The translations under genes were made by a program, and so were the position numbers. Below the pieces are notes generated by a model. The model worked only from the letters and a program-made list of their open reading frames with translations. It ran no database searches and was not told the DNA's origin. Source: a virus. From it: DNA of 64,000 nt. The stretch is from positions 64,001 to 128,000 of IMG/VR virus record IMGVR_UViG_3300003375_000013. One strand, given 5' to 3'. Position 1 is the stretch's first letter. Each line of letters begins with the position of its first letter. Of the stretch, positions 25,172 through 35,168 are shown piece after piece.

Positions 25172-26112
25172 ATATACTAATTACAGGTGGCATGGGATTC
25201 ATAGGACATAATGTAGTTATTGTTTTAGAAAAATTGAAACATAATGTTTCTATGGTGGACAATATAACTGATTATGGCATTATACCAAGGCGTGAATTAG
25301 ATTTCCTAATGTTTAAGAGAATATGTAGAATTAAATCTCCTAATATCACTATTGCTGATATCACAGAACCGTTAGACGATAAACTGTTTGAGGGTATTGA
25401 TGTTGTTATACATTTAGCCAGTTTTCCTAGACAAAAAGTTGTTAACAAAAATCCCGCCGCTGGAAGTAAAGTTATGAGTGAAGGATTATTGAACTTACTT
25501 GAACTATCCGTTAAACATGGTATTAAAAGATTTGTGTATGCTAGTTCAAGTATGGTGTATGGTAATTTTGATCATAACAGCACTAACGAAAATGCCGTAT
25601 GTGCGCCTATTGGCCAATATGGCATAATGAAACTGGCAGGTGAATGGTTAGTTCGAGATTATACTAGACAATACGGGTTAAATCATACCATTGTTCGTCC
25701 TAGTGCCGTATACGGACCATATGATGTAGAAGATAGGGTTATTAGTAAGTTTTTTGCCGCTGCTATGCGTGATGATAAACTGATAGTTAATGGAGCCGAT
25801 GAAATGCTGGACTTTACGTTTGTCGGTGATACTGCATTCGGTATAGCACTAGCTGCCACTAGCCCCGGTTCATTAAATAAAACGTATAATATATCCCGCG
25901 GCAAAGCGCATACTTTATTAGAAGCTGCTACATTAATAACTAAAATAGTCGGCAAAGGAACTGTTGTAGTTAGAGAACGAGATTCAGCGTTTCCTGTAAG
26001 GGGAGAACTAAATATACAACAAGCGAAAACAGATTTTGGATATCACCCTGATGTTAATCTAGCACAAGGATTATTTGAATACTACGAATGGCTTAAACAA
26101 GTAAAATTATAA
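25168..26112 (+). CDS. NAD-dependent epimerase/dehydratase (extended SDR)
   Basis: TGGMGFIG, HLAS, ASSSMVYG, YGIMK, AVYGP. Confidence 0.92.
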   Translation: MNILITGGMGFIGHNVVIVLEKLKHNVSMVDNITDYGIIPRRELDFLMFKRICRIKSPNITIADITEPLDDKLFEGIDVVIHLASFPRQKVVNKNPAAGSKVMSEGLLNLLELSVKHGIKRFVYASSSMVYGNFDHNSTNENAVCAPIGQYGIMKLAGEWLVRDYTRQYGLNHTIVRPSAVYGPYDVEDRVISKFFAAAMRDDKLIVNGADEMLDFTFVGDTAFGIALAATSPGSLNKTYNISRGKAHTLLEAATLITKIVGKGTVVVRERDSAFPVRGELNIQQAKTDFGYHPDVNLAQGLFEYYEWLKQVKL

Positions 26113-26682
26113 TATATATTGCGACATATTGTTATACCAAAGCTCAGGCCCACTATTAGTTAAATGATGTAACATAACCCATTGCTGACAACTTTCAGGA
26201 ATGGGATCTTTAGAACCACATACATTATACTTTGAAGATTCCATTGTAAACTCAATAGAACAATTTGTTTTAATTAATTCTAAATATTTTGAGAAGGCAA
26301 GTAGATTATGCTCACGACTAATAAATAAACAGTCAAGATTGTTTAGTTTAGCTACATTAAATTGTATGGGTAAACAGTAAGTTGTATTAAGAAACTTATC
26401 GCCACCACCAAACTTAGATAGTCCATGCCTATAATCTGGATGTATCCACATTCTAGTACTACATCTTCCAATACCTTTTGCCCAACGTTCATCACTAATT
26501 TGTAACGCACTAAAACATACAATTTTATCATTTATAATAACAACCGGAAATGATAAAAAATCCCTAGGATCTAATCCTATATAATTTTCTTTAAGATCAT
26601 CGGTTGTGTTAATGAGATATTCTTGATATTCTTCCCAAAGTGTTGTGTCAAAACTTGTAGCGAAATCAACTATTTTCTTCAT
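26107..26682 (-). CDS. GNAT-like protein
   Basis: IVCFSALQ...IGRCSTRMWIHPDYR. Confidence 0.55.
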   Translation of the reverse strand: MKKIVDFATSFDTTLWEEYQEYLINTTDDLKENYIGLDPRDFLSFPVVIINDKIVCFSALQISDERWAKGIGRCSTRMWIHPDYRHGLSKFGGGDKFLNTTYCLPIQFNVAKLNNLDCLFISREHNLLAFSKYLELIKTNCSIEFTMESSKYNVCGSKDPIPESCQQWVMLHHLTNSGPELWYNNMSQYIL

Positions 26683-26689
26683 CGTACTC

Positions 26690-26703
26690 TATTTAATTAA
26701 ATA
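26690..26703. promoter_or_regulatory. Palindromic back-to-back late promoters
   Basis: TATTTAATTAAATA is its own reverse complement; ATGs 7 nt (minus) and 4 nt (plus) away. Confidence 0.7.
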
Positions 26704-26707
26704 CCAT

Positions 26708-27541
26708 ATGCCTAAAATAAATTCATTCTTGTACTACATACTCTATCCAGTACATGCCATAGCATGGATAGGTACAATATTATTCTTTATATTTTTTGAC
26801 TTTACATGGACTAACTTTTGGCAATTGCTAATTGGCTGGATCATAATAGAAGGACTTGGCGTTGCTGTAGTACTACATAGGCATGTTAGTCACAAAGCTG
26901 TTGGACTACGACCTTGGTTAAAACCAATTTTACTATGGATTAGTTGTTTATCACTGCAAGGCAGTCCGCTTGGCTGGGCAGCAGTACACAGAGGTAGTCA
27001 TCACCGATACAGCGATACAGAAAAAGATGCCCACACACCCACCAAAGGCTGGTGGTACGCATGGCACATGTGGTTACATGATTGGGACAAATACTTTAAT
27101 CCTAAGTACGCAATAGATTTAGTCAGAGATCCTATGCATGTGTGGATTGCTAAGCATTATAACTATATTATTCTCGTAACTTATGTTATAGTAGGGTTGA
27201 TTAGCTGGAAACTGTTGCTATTTGGGTTTATTATACCAGCAGCACTAAGCTTATATATGGAAAGTAACATTAATGTATTTTGTCATACTAAAAATATGGG
27301 TTATAGGAATTTTGAAACTAAGGATAATAGCCAGAATGTTTCATTACTAGCTTGGATAACATGGGGCCAAGGTTGGCACAATAACCATCATGAGAAAGCA
27401 AGTAGCTATGATTTTGGATCTAGTGTAAGTGGCAAGTCAAGTGAGTGGGATTTTAGTTTAATCTTCTTGCCACTGATTGCCACTAAAGAAAGTAGACAAA
27501 AAATTTGGCGGGAGCGCAATGACAAACTTCACTCACAATAA
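26708..27541 (+). CDS. Membrane fatty acid desaturase (delta-9/OLE1-like)
   Basis: His boxes HRHVSH, HRGSHH, HNNHH; transmembrane segments. Confidence 0.92.
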   Translation: MPKINSFLYYILYPVHAIAWIGTILFFIFFDFTWTNFWQLLIGWIIIEGLGVAVVLHRHVSHKAVGLRPWLKPILLWISCLSLQGSPLGWAAVHRGSHHRYSDTEKDAHTPTKGWWYAWHMWLHDWDKYFNPKYAIDLVRDPMHVWIAKHYNYIILVTYVIVGLISWKLLLFGFIIPAALSLYMESNINVFCHTKNMGYRNFETKDNSQNVSLLAWITWGQGWHNNHHEKASSYDFGSSVSGKSSEWDFSLIFLPLIATKESRQKIWRERNDKLHSQ

Positions 27542-28436
27542 TCATCTTGTATACAGCATAGGTGGACGTGATTATGATTATAGAACAAATTCAATAGAAA
27601 AATATTCAGTAAGAGTTGGCGCAATAGACCCAGAACGATATGCTGCTAGCTCATATGTAGACGAATTACATCGTACTGCTCAGTTAGTAAGAAGTGATTT
27701 TGGCAAGGATCTTGTATTATTTTTATCAGGTGGCACTGACAGTGAAATAGTACTAAGAAATTTTGTAGCAACAGGATTCAAGCCACGCTGCGTTACTCTT
27801 AGATTTAAAAATGACTACAATGCCAGTGATTTAGTTGAAGCGCAAGCAATAGCGGATGAGTTGAGAGTTAAACTAGATATCATTGATATAGATATTGAGG
27901 ATTTTTACTATTCAGGCGAAGCTAAAGAGTTTGGCGAGCAAATACAATGTACTCAGATAACTTATATTATGGTTTACAGAAGCGTATTGAAACTAGGTGC
28001 TCCAGCAGTAATGGGCGGAGAAGCATTACTTACTAGACAAGTAAATCTTAATGATAGTTATTGGTATTATACACTTAGAGAAAATGAAGATGCCAGTGCC
28101 ATGCGTTTCTCTGATAAATTTGGAGTGCCATTAGTAAATGAATGGTTTAGTTATACACCTGAATTGCTATTGCATTGGTTAGAAAATCCTTTAGTAAAAG
28201 AACTCGTGTCCAATCGATACAACTACAAGCTAAACTCTGCCAGCAGCAAGAACTCAATTTTATCCACACTATACAAAACTAGACCTAAATCAAAAACACA
28301 TGGATTTGAAAAGTTACTAGACTTTAATCAAGAAGTATACAAAGAATTAGGAAGAACACAAATCAAAAGGCTAGAAGCCAGTATTGATGGCGTACCTTAT
28401 GATACCGTAATACAGCAATTGAAAGGACTGCTATGA
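27519..28436 (+). CDS. PP-loop (adenine nucleotide alpha-hydrolase superfamily) protein
   Basis: LFLSGGTDSEIVLRNF. Confidence 0.7.
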   Translation: MTNFTHNNHLVYSIGGRDYDYRTNSIEKYSVRVGAIDPERYAASSYVDELHRTAQLVRSDFGKDLVLFLSGGTDSEIVLRNFVATGFKPRCVTLRFKNDYNASDLVEAQAIADELRVKLDIIDIDIEDFYYSGEAKEFGEQIQCTQITYIMVYRSVLKLGAPAVMGGEALLTRQVNLNDSYWYYTLRENEDASAMRFSDKFGVPLVNEWFSYTPELLLHWLENPLVKELVSNRYNYKLNSASSKNSILSTLYKTRPKSKTHGFEKLLDFNQEVYKELGRTQIKRLEASIDGVPYDTVIQQLKGLL

Positions 28437-28951
28437 AAATTGTAGAATTAAATCTATTATATAGAGAACTTGTTAAACCATTATTCACAGTAGATGCGTT
28501 ATATGAAAGATTTGTAGACACTTATCTATCAGGGTTAACCAGTTACAAAGCACTAGCTATAGAACAAGAAGATGGCAGTATAACATCTTTTATATCATTT
28601 TATATAAGCCGTGATGACGCATGTTGGTACATCACTGATATAAAATCAAATGACGCAAAAGATGAACTTCGCACATTAATAGGTGCGGCAATAGCTCATA
28701 ATGAGGGAATGGGTAGGTTGAAATTTTACTCACTTATTGATGCTGATGATATTGGATTGGTGGATATTGTGTTTAATTTAAGATACAAATATGTTGATGA
28801 ATGTATAGTTCCAGCAAAAACAAGGTGTTTATACAATAATTATTGGCAAATACTGTATAATCGTATGTTACCAGAAAGAGATACTATAGTACGTTGTTCA
28901 TTTCTAAAACAAAAACACAGACGATTGCTACCAATCGGTGGTAATATATGA
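28433..28951 (+). CDS. Hypothetical protein, possibly GNAT fold
   Basis: Alternating helix/strand pattern with WYITDI strand; ATGA overlaps. Confidence 0.4.
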   Translation: MKIVELNLLYRELVKPLFTVDALYERFVDTYLSGLTSYKALAIEQEDGSITSFISFYISRDDACWYITDIKSNDAKDELRTLIGAAIAHNEGMGRLKFYSLIDADDIGLVDIVFNLRYKYVDECIVPAKTRCLYNNYWQILYNRMLPERDTIVRCSFLKQKHRRLLPIGGNI

Positions 28952-29556
28952 ATAGCTTAGTTAGTCCATTCAAAATATTTGATAGTGACTTGAACTATGT
29001 TAAAATAGGCTCAAATGAAGAATTGGGTAACGAACTAAGAGCTTATCTAGCTGATTCCGCTAATCATCATTTATGGAAACTTAGTACCCACAGACAAACT
29101 ACGACACATGCACTTCGTTTCACAGAATCTATACATTTAAGGTTCTTAAAAGATCTTCCAACAGGGGTATCTACTATAGAATCTAATCAATGGATGGAAA
29201 TTGGCGAAAAGCCCGTTTCAAATGAAGATATTTTTAAAAAAGCTACATCTTGGTTTGAAAAAATGTTATTAAATACAGGCGCGGACCAAGTTGAATTTGG
29301 CAGAATTTTTATTAGCAAATTATCAGCTAACTCTGTTATTGATTCGCATGTTGATAGTGGAAAATATTTTAGTTACTATGATAGATTTCATTTTACTGTT
29401 ACTGCTGCTGAAGAAAACATCTTTGTAATTAGAAATGAAGAATGTACATTGGAAAACGATTCATTATTCTGGGTTAATAATCATGTTCCCCATTGGTTAG
29501 AAAATCGTAGCAACCAGGACAGAATAAACTTTATCATAGACGCAAGATTATCATGA
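28948..29556 (+). CDS. AspH-like 2OG-Fe(II) oxygenase
   Basis: SHVDSG, RFHF, NNHVPHWLEN, RINFIID. Confidence 0.85.
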   Translation: MNSLVSPFKIFDSDLNYVKIGSNEELGNELRAYLADSANHHLWKLSTHRQTTTHALRFTESIHLRFLKDLPTGVSTIESNQWMEIGEKPVSNEDIFKKATSWFEKMLLNTGADQVEFGRIFISKLSANSVIDSHVDSGKYFSYYDRFHFTVTAAEENIFVIRNEECTLENDSLFWVNNHVPHWLENRSNQDRINFIIDARLS

Positions 29557-30428
29557 AAATAACTGACATACATAGTAGTTGGGGTTCAATTATACAGTTA
29601 GAATCTCCGGCTGAGTTCTTTCTATACAGTACTAATTACTGGCGTGATTTAATATACAAAAGAAAAGTAATATTCTTTAAACAAGTTAAATTTACTAATG
29701 CGGAATATGCAGAGTTTAGCTTACACTTTGGATCACCATGGCAACCAGATGATTACACTTATTCAAGAGAAAATGTAGAAACTGTTGATACTGAACACGG
29801 TGAGATGACATTAAGTCCTATAACTAATACAGCAAAACGATTGGGCATGAGTGAAATGCCATGGCATTCTGACATACCAAATAGATCATATAAGCCATTT
29901 CCATTTAGAAGCTTATGGATTGTGGCAAATCCCAATCCAACAGAGTCAGGCAAGACATCTTGGCTAAATCTTGAACATGCCATAGATTATCTTACTCCAG
30001 AAATGAAAAGTCTATTGCCTCGTGTGAAAATTATACAACAAAGTTGGTATAACCCAGGCACAGATGTTAAAGAATTTGATTTGATAAAAACTCATCCTAT
30101 CACTGGAAAACAATCGTTAAGATTAAACTATTATAACTGGGAAAAGAATACAGAAGCTTGGATATGCGGCGTAAAAATTGATAATGTATTACAACCAGAT
30201 TGCTCACTAGTAAGAGAATGGTTGTTTTACTTAGAAAAGATACCTGAGTTGACATATACTCATATTTGGGACACATATGACATATCAATTTACGATAATT
30301 GGCCGTTTGTACATAATAGATCTGAGTTGAAATTCAATAGTGATAATGAAATAAGGAAGTTTTATAGAATCAACATAGATCATCTTAACACTCATGAATG
30401 GCAGCAACATACCGCAAAATATTTTTAG
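29553..30428 (+). CDS. TauD/TfdA-family dioxygenase
   Basis: PWHSD, HPITGK, WDTYDISIYDNWPFVHNR. Confidence 0.88.
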   Translation: MKITDIHSSWGSIIQLESPAEFFLYSTNYWRDLIYKRKVIFFKQVKFTNAEYAEFSLHFGSPWQPDDYTYSRENVETVDTEHGEMTLSPITNTAKRLGMSEMPWHSDIPNRSYKPFPFRSLWIVANPNPTESGKTSWLNLEHAIDYLTPEMKSLLPRVKIIQQSWYNPGTDVKEFDLIKTHPITGKQSLRLNYYNWEKNTEAWICGVKIDNVLQPDCSLVREWLFYLEKIPELTYTHIWDTYDISIYDNWPFVHNRSELKFNSDNEIRKFYRINIDHLNTHEWQQHTAKYF

Positions 30429-30457
30429 ACTATTATATATGAGTTAAATACTATCCT

Positions 30458-32083
30458 ATGTTAAACATCTATCAAGTACCAACTAATGAAGTTACTAAAA
30501 TTGAATGGGAAGATGATTTCCTTGATTATGATAGTAAACTATCTCAACTAGGCAATGGACACGAAGAATTCTTAGTAATAAATCCAGAATTTGAAGGATC
30601 TGGATTACATAAAACTATAGAAAGAATACCCCCTACACCAGGAATTAAATGTGTGGTGTGGAAATTTCACGGCAATTGGATAGCAAAATATTTTAATAAA
30701 GCATGGACTCCGGACATGGGCTATTGGCCAGTAAAACTATTCAATACGGAATCTACTTTAGTATGGAAAAGAAATCCAGATATACCCGAAGAGTTACCTT
30801 TTTTAAACGATCCGTCTAAGTTAAATGCAGCACAAGAAGCAGAGATGCCATGGATTTCAGTATGGTACTTAGATCCAATGTTTAATCCTACTTCAGAAAA
30901 AATATGGGTAATGCGATGTTACAATTTATCAAATTCATCAATTAGTGGCGAAACAGATATGGGATATATTAGTCCCAAAGTCAGAATAAAATATAATCCT
31001 GATATTCCTAAAATAGATTTTGATATTAACTTTTTGATTCCATGGTATGATTTAAAATATGAACATGTATGGCATTTAGACGAACGATTTAATCCCACAG
31101 AGGATAAAATTTGGGCAATCAAAATAAAATTAATGAATGGTATGCCTAAACAAACAAAAGATATGGGATATGTTAGTCCAAAGATAATTTATAATCCAGA
31201 GCTACCAGTACTTGATTATACTATAGATGATCATATTCCTTATTATGATTTAGCATATGAACATGTATGGACAGTTGACGAGAGATTAGTCAACAGCTAT
31301 GAAGAAGTATGGGCAGCAAAAATTGTACCACACGAGTCCGAGGGTGTTAAGGTGGTCGGAAATATTAAATGCAATTTGCCTGAACAATTAGATGTGGTGT
31401 TTATTAGTTACAATGAACCTAATGCCGAAGCTAATTGGCAAAAAGTATTAGCAAAAGCTCCTAATGCTAAACGAGTTAATGGTGTGAAGGGTATTGTGGC
31501 TGCTCACAAACAAGCAGCGGCTATAGTAACCACTGACATGTTTTATGTAGTCGATGGTGATGCTGACTTAGCTGACTATTGGGATTTTAAATTTCAACCA
31601 AACTTGTTTGATAGAGATTGTGTTCATGTTTGGCGTAGTATTAATCCTGTGAATGAGTTAAAGTATGGATATGGCGGAGTTAAATTATTTCCAACTAAGT
31701 TAGTTATATCGGCAAATCCTAACAACACAGATATGACCACTAGTTTAAGTGATAAATTTAAACTAATGCCTAAGATTAGTAACACTACTGCTTTCAATAG
31801 TGATAAATTTAGTACTTGGCGCAGCGCATTTAGAGAATGTGCTAAATTGTCTGGCAAAGTACTAAAACGACAAATGGTTCGTGAAACAGAAAAACGCCTA
31901 GACATTTGGTGTACACTAGGTGCAGATAAACCCTTTGGAAAATATGCGATAGCAGGAGCAATTGCGGGCAGAAAATTCGGAGAAGAAAATCAAGGCAATG
32001 ACAGAATATTACAAAAAGTAAATGACTACGATTGGCTTAAATCAAAATTTAACGAGAATATGCTAAATAACATTGATAGTTAA
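30458..32083 (+). CDS. Three tandem approx. 65-aa repeats fused to a glycosyltransferase-like C-terminal domain
   Basis: Repeats NPDIP...W.LD.RFNPT..KIW...DMGY; C-terminal VFISYNEP...YVVDGDA. Confidence 0.65.
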   Translation: MLNIYQVPTNEVTKIEWEDDFLDYDSKLSQLGNGHEEFLVINPEFEGSGLHKTIERIPPTPGIKCVVWKFHGNWIAKYFNKAWTPDMGYWPVKLFNTESTLVWKRNPDIPEELPFLNDPSKLNAAQEAEMPWISVWYLDPMFNPTSEKIWVMRCYNLSNSSISGETDMGYISPKVRIKYNPDIPKIDFDINFLIPWYDLKYEHVWHLDERFNPTEDKIWAIKIKLMNGMPKQTKDMGYVSPKIIYNPELPVLDYTIDDHIPYYDLAYEHVWTVDERLVNSYEEVWAAKIVPHESEGVKVVGNIKCNLPEQLDVVFISYNEPNAEANWQKVLAKAPNAKRVNGVKGIVAAHKQAAAIVTTDMFYVVDGDADLADYWDFKFQPNLFDRDCVHVWRSINPVNELKYGYGGVKLFPTKLVISANPNNTDMTTSLSDKFKLMPKISNTTAFNSDKFSTWRSAFRECAKLSGKVLKRQMVRETEKRLDIWCTLGADKPFGKYAIAGAIAGRKFGEENQGNDRILQKVNDYDWLKSKFNENMLNNIDS

Positions 32084-32164
32084 TCTACTATTAATTTCCC
32101 ATAAAAGTTGTTTTCCCACACTCGTTCGTGTACACTATACACGCAAGTACCTTTAACATATCCC

Positions 32165-33457
32165 ATGACACAAGAACAAACTAAAATTATACCAATTATT
32201 TCCGAAAACGCTAGCTCAACTATATGTGCTGTACCTTGGATGCATCTTGCCTTTGAACCTAGTGGCAAAGTATTACCATGTTGCTTAACTGCTTCGCATA
32301 AAGTATTCTCAGGTGATCTTAAAACAATGACACTTGAAGAAGTATGGAATAGTGACAATCAAAAAGCAATACGCAAAGACATGATTGAAGGTAAAGAGCC
32401 TGCTATATGCTCAAAGTGTTTTGATCGTGAACGAGTAACAGGCGAAAGCGCAAGAACATACCATCGTAGAGATTTTCAAGACGTAATTGATACTATCCCT
32501 GATATCACCGAAGCTGATGGCACATGCACTACTATGGATTTAAAGTATTGGGATTTCCGATTCAGTAACTTATGTAACTTTAAATGTCGTAGTTGTGGCC
32601 CAGCATATAGCTCAGCTTGGGTACCAGATGCCACTAAATTAGGTTATGCCGATCAAGAAAAAGTATGGAGTATTGGTAACGTAGGGGAGCAAACCAACTA
32701 TGATTTCTTATATGATCAAATTGACAATGTGCGACGGATATATTTTGCAGGTGGTGAACCGTTGCTTATGCCAGAACATTGGCAAATTTTAGATATGTTG
32801 GTTGCCAAGGAACGATTTGACGTAAAGCTAAGTTATAACACCAACTGTTCCGTATTAGAGTACGGTAAGAAAAATATTGTAGACTACTGGAGTAAATGGC
32901 AATATGGTAAGTTAGAAATATGGCCTAGTATTGATGAGATTGAAGAACGAGCAGAGTTAATTCGCTCAGGTACAGTATGGAATAAAGTAGAAGCTAATCT
33001 AATTAAACTATCAACGTTGGATAATATCATACTTCGCCCTGGATTAACCATAGGAGCATTTAACGTGTTTCGATTACCTGAAATGATTACGCATTTAGTT
33101 GATATTGGCGTTATTAGAAGTGATCCGAAACGCAAGAGTCAAAATCACAATAACTTCTTTATCAATCTATTAGAAAGTCCTATTTACTATCATGTAAGTA
33201 TTTTGCCAGATGATTTTAAACATGAAATCATTCTTAAGTTGGAAAATTTCATAACGGAATTCAATGAGAAGCATGGGACTAATATTAGTAAGTTGTTTGA
33301 ACACATCTTATTTGAATTAACCAAGCCGTTTAATGTAGCAGCAGCTAAGCATTTCTTAAGACAGACTATGAAATTAGATGCATTACGCAATGAAGATACA
33401 TTTGAAATTATACCAGAGCTAAAAGCAGTAAAGGTAGCATTGAATGTGGAAAAGTGA
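32165..33457 (+). CDS. Radical SAM protein with N-terminal SPASM/twitch-like domain
   Basis: CAVPW...PCC; NLCNFKCRSC; YFAGGEP. Confidence 0.92.
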   Translation: MTQEQTKIIPIISENASSTICAVPWMHLAFEPSGKVLPCCLTASHKVFSGDLKTMTLEEVWNSDNQKAIRKDMIEGKEPAICSKCFDRERVTGESARTYHRRDFQDVIDTIPDITEADGTCTTMDLKYWDFRFSNLCNFKCRSCGPAYSSAWVPDATKLGYADQEKVWSIGNVGEQTNYDFLYDQIDNVRRIYFAGGEPLLMPEHWQILDMLVAKERFDVKLSYNTNCSVLEYGKKNIVDYWSKWQYGKLEIWPSIDEIEERAELIRSGTVWNKVEANLIKLSTLDNIILRPGLTIGAFNVFRLPEMITHLVDIGVIRSDPKRKSQNHNNFFINLLESPIYYHVSILPDDFKHEIILKLENFITEFNEKHGTNISKLFEHILFELTKPFNVAAAKHFLRQTMKLDALRNEDTFEIIPELKAVKVALNVEK

Positions 33458-34463
33458 TCGAAGTTTATTAGTAACAGCCAGTAATAAAAATAATGAACTG
33501 TTACATATTAAATTTAAAATCTTAGATACTGACTTAGGTGATAGATGGTTGGCAATGATCAAACAGAATCAAGAAGCCAACCATACTATACAAGCCAACT
33601 ATAGAAGAATCTTAAGTCCAGAAGATCGTAAGGAAAACTTTGCTGAGTTTAGGGACAACATATTAAAAATTAACTCTATGTATGATGTTGTGTTAGATGA
33701 CATTATATCATTAGAACACTTACATGCTAATCAAGATGTACTCAATGATTTACATGAAGAATTTGAAATTTATGGCGACAGACTACAAGAATTATTAGAT
33801 ACAAAATATTTTAATAATCCTGATGATAAACCTGAGTTAGCAAACGTAATATGGCCGGGTAAACGACAGAACTTTGAACTACATGATAGATTCTTGCGCC
33901 TAAACGAGCAGATACATAATTTTGAAGCTATCTTTAGAAACTGGGAAACTCCTGATCAAGGACTATGTACTTGTTTAGTTGATTACTTACCGGCTGGAAT
34001 ACATCAAAATCTTAAAACAGAAGATTTCTTCTTATTTGGCTCAGATTTACAATGGGGATGGATGTATTTAGGATACAACACATTAGGTAAACATTGGTCA
34101 AGTGTACTAAATGAGAATGATATCGAAGTAGTGAAGCGACATGCTGTTCGACCACAAGCAAGATTCGCAGCTGAGTTCTACATGCATTTTGGTCGTCCAT
34201 CACTTACCTATGTCAACAGAGTAAAGTTCTATAACTGGTGGATGAAGAATAATTTATCAGAGTTTCATGATCCTGATATGAAACTATCTGAGTTAGCATT
34301 GGGGTATATTCCAATAGCTAGAATATCAGATTACAGAATTGGCGATGGCGAATCAATTACTGTGCCAGCTACATACTCCCACAAAGATGCCAAGGAATGG
34401 AATGTCAATGTGTGGAGTAAGTTTAATAAAATAGTCAATATACAGATTTTAGATGCAGGGTAG
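33444..34463 (+). CDS. Hypothetical protein
   Basis: 339-aa ORF overlapping both neighbours. Confidence 0.75.
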   Translation: MWKSDRSLLVTASNKNNELLHIKFKILDTDLGDRWLAMIKQNQEANHTIQANYRRILSPEDRKENFAEFRDNILKINSMYDVVLDDIISLEHLHANQDVLNDLHEEFEIYGDRLQELLDTKYFNNPDDKPELANVIWPGKRQNFELHDRFLRLNEQIHNFEAIFRNWETPDQGLCTCLVDYLPAGIHQNLKTEDFFLFGSDLQWGWMYLGYNTLGKHWSSVLNENDIEVVKRHAVRPQARFAAEFYMHFGRPSLTYVNRVKFYNWWMKNNLSEFHDPDMKLSELALGYIPIARISDYRIGDGESITVPATYSHKDAKEWNVNVWSKFNKIVNIQILDAG

Positions 34464-35075
34464 AGTAGTTCGGTAATGATATATGTCATTACCAAGCGAT
34501 TGCCATTCGGGATCATTTTCTATGTTTACAGAGGCAGAGTGAATTTCAGAGAGAATACAATTTTTATTAGTTAGTATATTAAAATTAGTAACTTCTTCTA
34601 ATATAGATTTATATCCTAATGGACGATTTCTGACACATTGTTCCCATGCTGCACCAAAAAAATATATATTTTTCACTTCAGGATGTAATAACAAATAGTA
34701 TTCTAACTCCCACCACCAATACATAGTCACTTGGTATTTTGATGGGTTTAGATAATTCCATATCACAGGATCTGTTTGTTCTGATTTAAAATTATTATTA
34801 CTGTTAGCATATAACAAATCAAATGCCAATTTGAAATCAATAATTTTTTTTCTTATTGGATTTCTAAACAATGACATGTTGTTATCAGCCCAAATAGAGT
34901 TAGGAGTGTATCTTTCTGTTTTACAATTGTAAGTCGCAAGCACTACTGTGGTGATACTTTCAGTGGTATCTAAGAAATTTATAATATTATTAAAACACTT
35001 TGCAGAACTGTTATTTGTTATAGGGCTTTTCCAACAGTCTATAAGAATGGCAATACTGGGAAATGAAGTAATCAT
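34449..35075 (-). CDS. Cysteine hydrolase/isochorismatase-like protein
   Basis: AILIDCW; IYFFGAAWEQCVRNRPLG; TAAATA 5 nt upstream of ATG 35075. Confidence 0.45.
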   Translation of the reverse strand: MITSFPSIAILIDCWKSPITNNSSAKCFNNIINFLDTTESITTVVLATYNCKTERYTPNSIWADNNMSLFRNPIRKKIIDFKLAFDLLYANSNNNFKSEQTDPVIWNYLNPSKYQVTMYWWWELEYYLLLHPEVKNIYFFGAAWEQCVRNRPLGYKSILEEVTNFNILTNKNCILSEIHSASVNIENDPEWQSLGNDIYHYRTTLPCI

Positions 35076-35078
35076 AAA

Positions 35079-35113
35079 ACTATTTAGTGAAGTAAGGCAT
35101 GGCACTAAATAGT
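35079..35113. promoter_or_regulatory. Divergent late promoters formed by an 11-bp inverted repeat
   Basis: ACTATTTAGTG / CACTAAATAGT. Confidence 0.7.
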
Positions 35114-35168
35114 GTTACAAATCAACTAGAATACTATTGTATTCTGCCTTAAGTTAACATAGATACTA

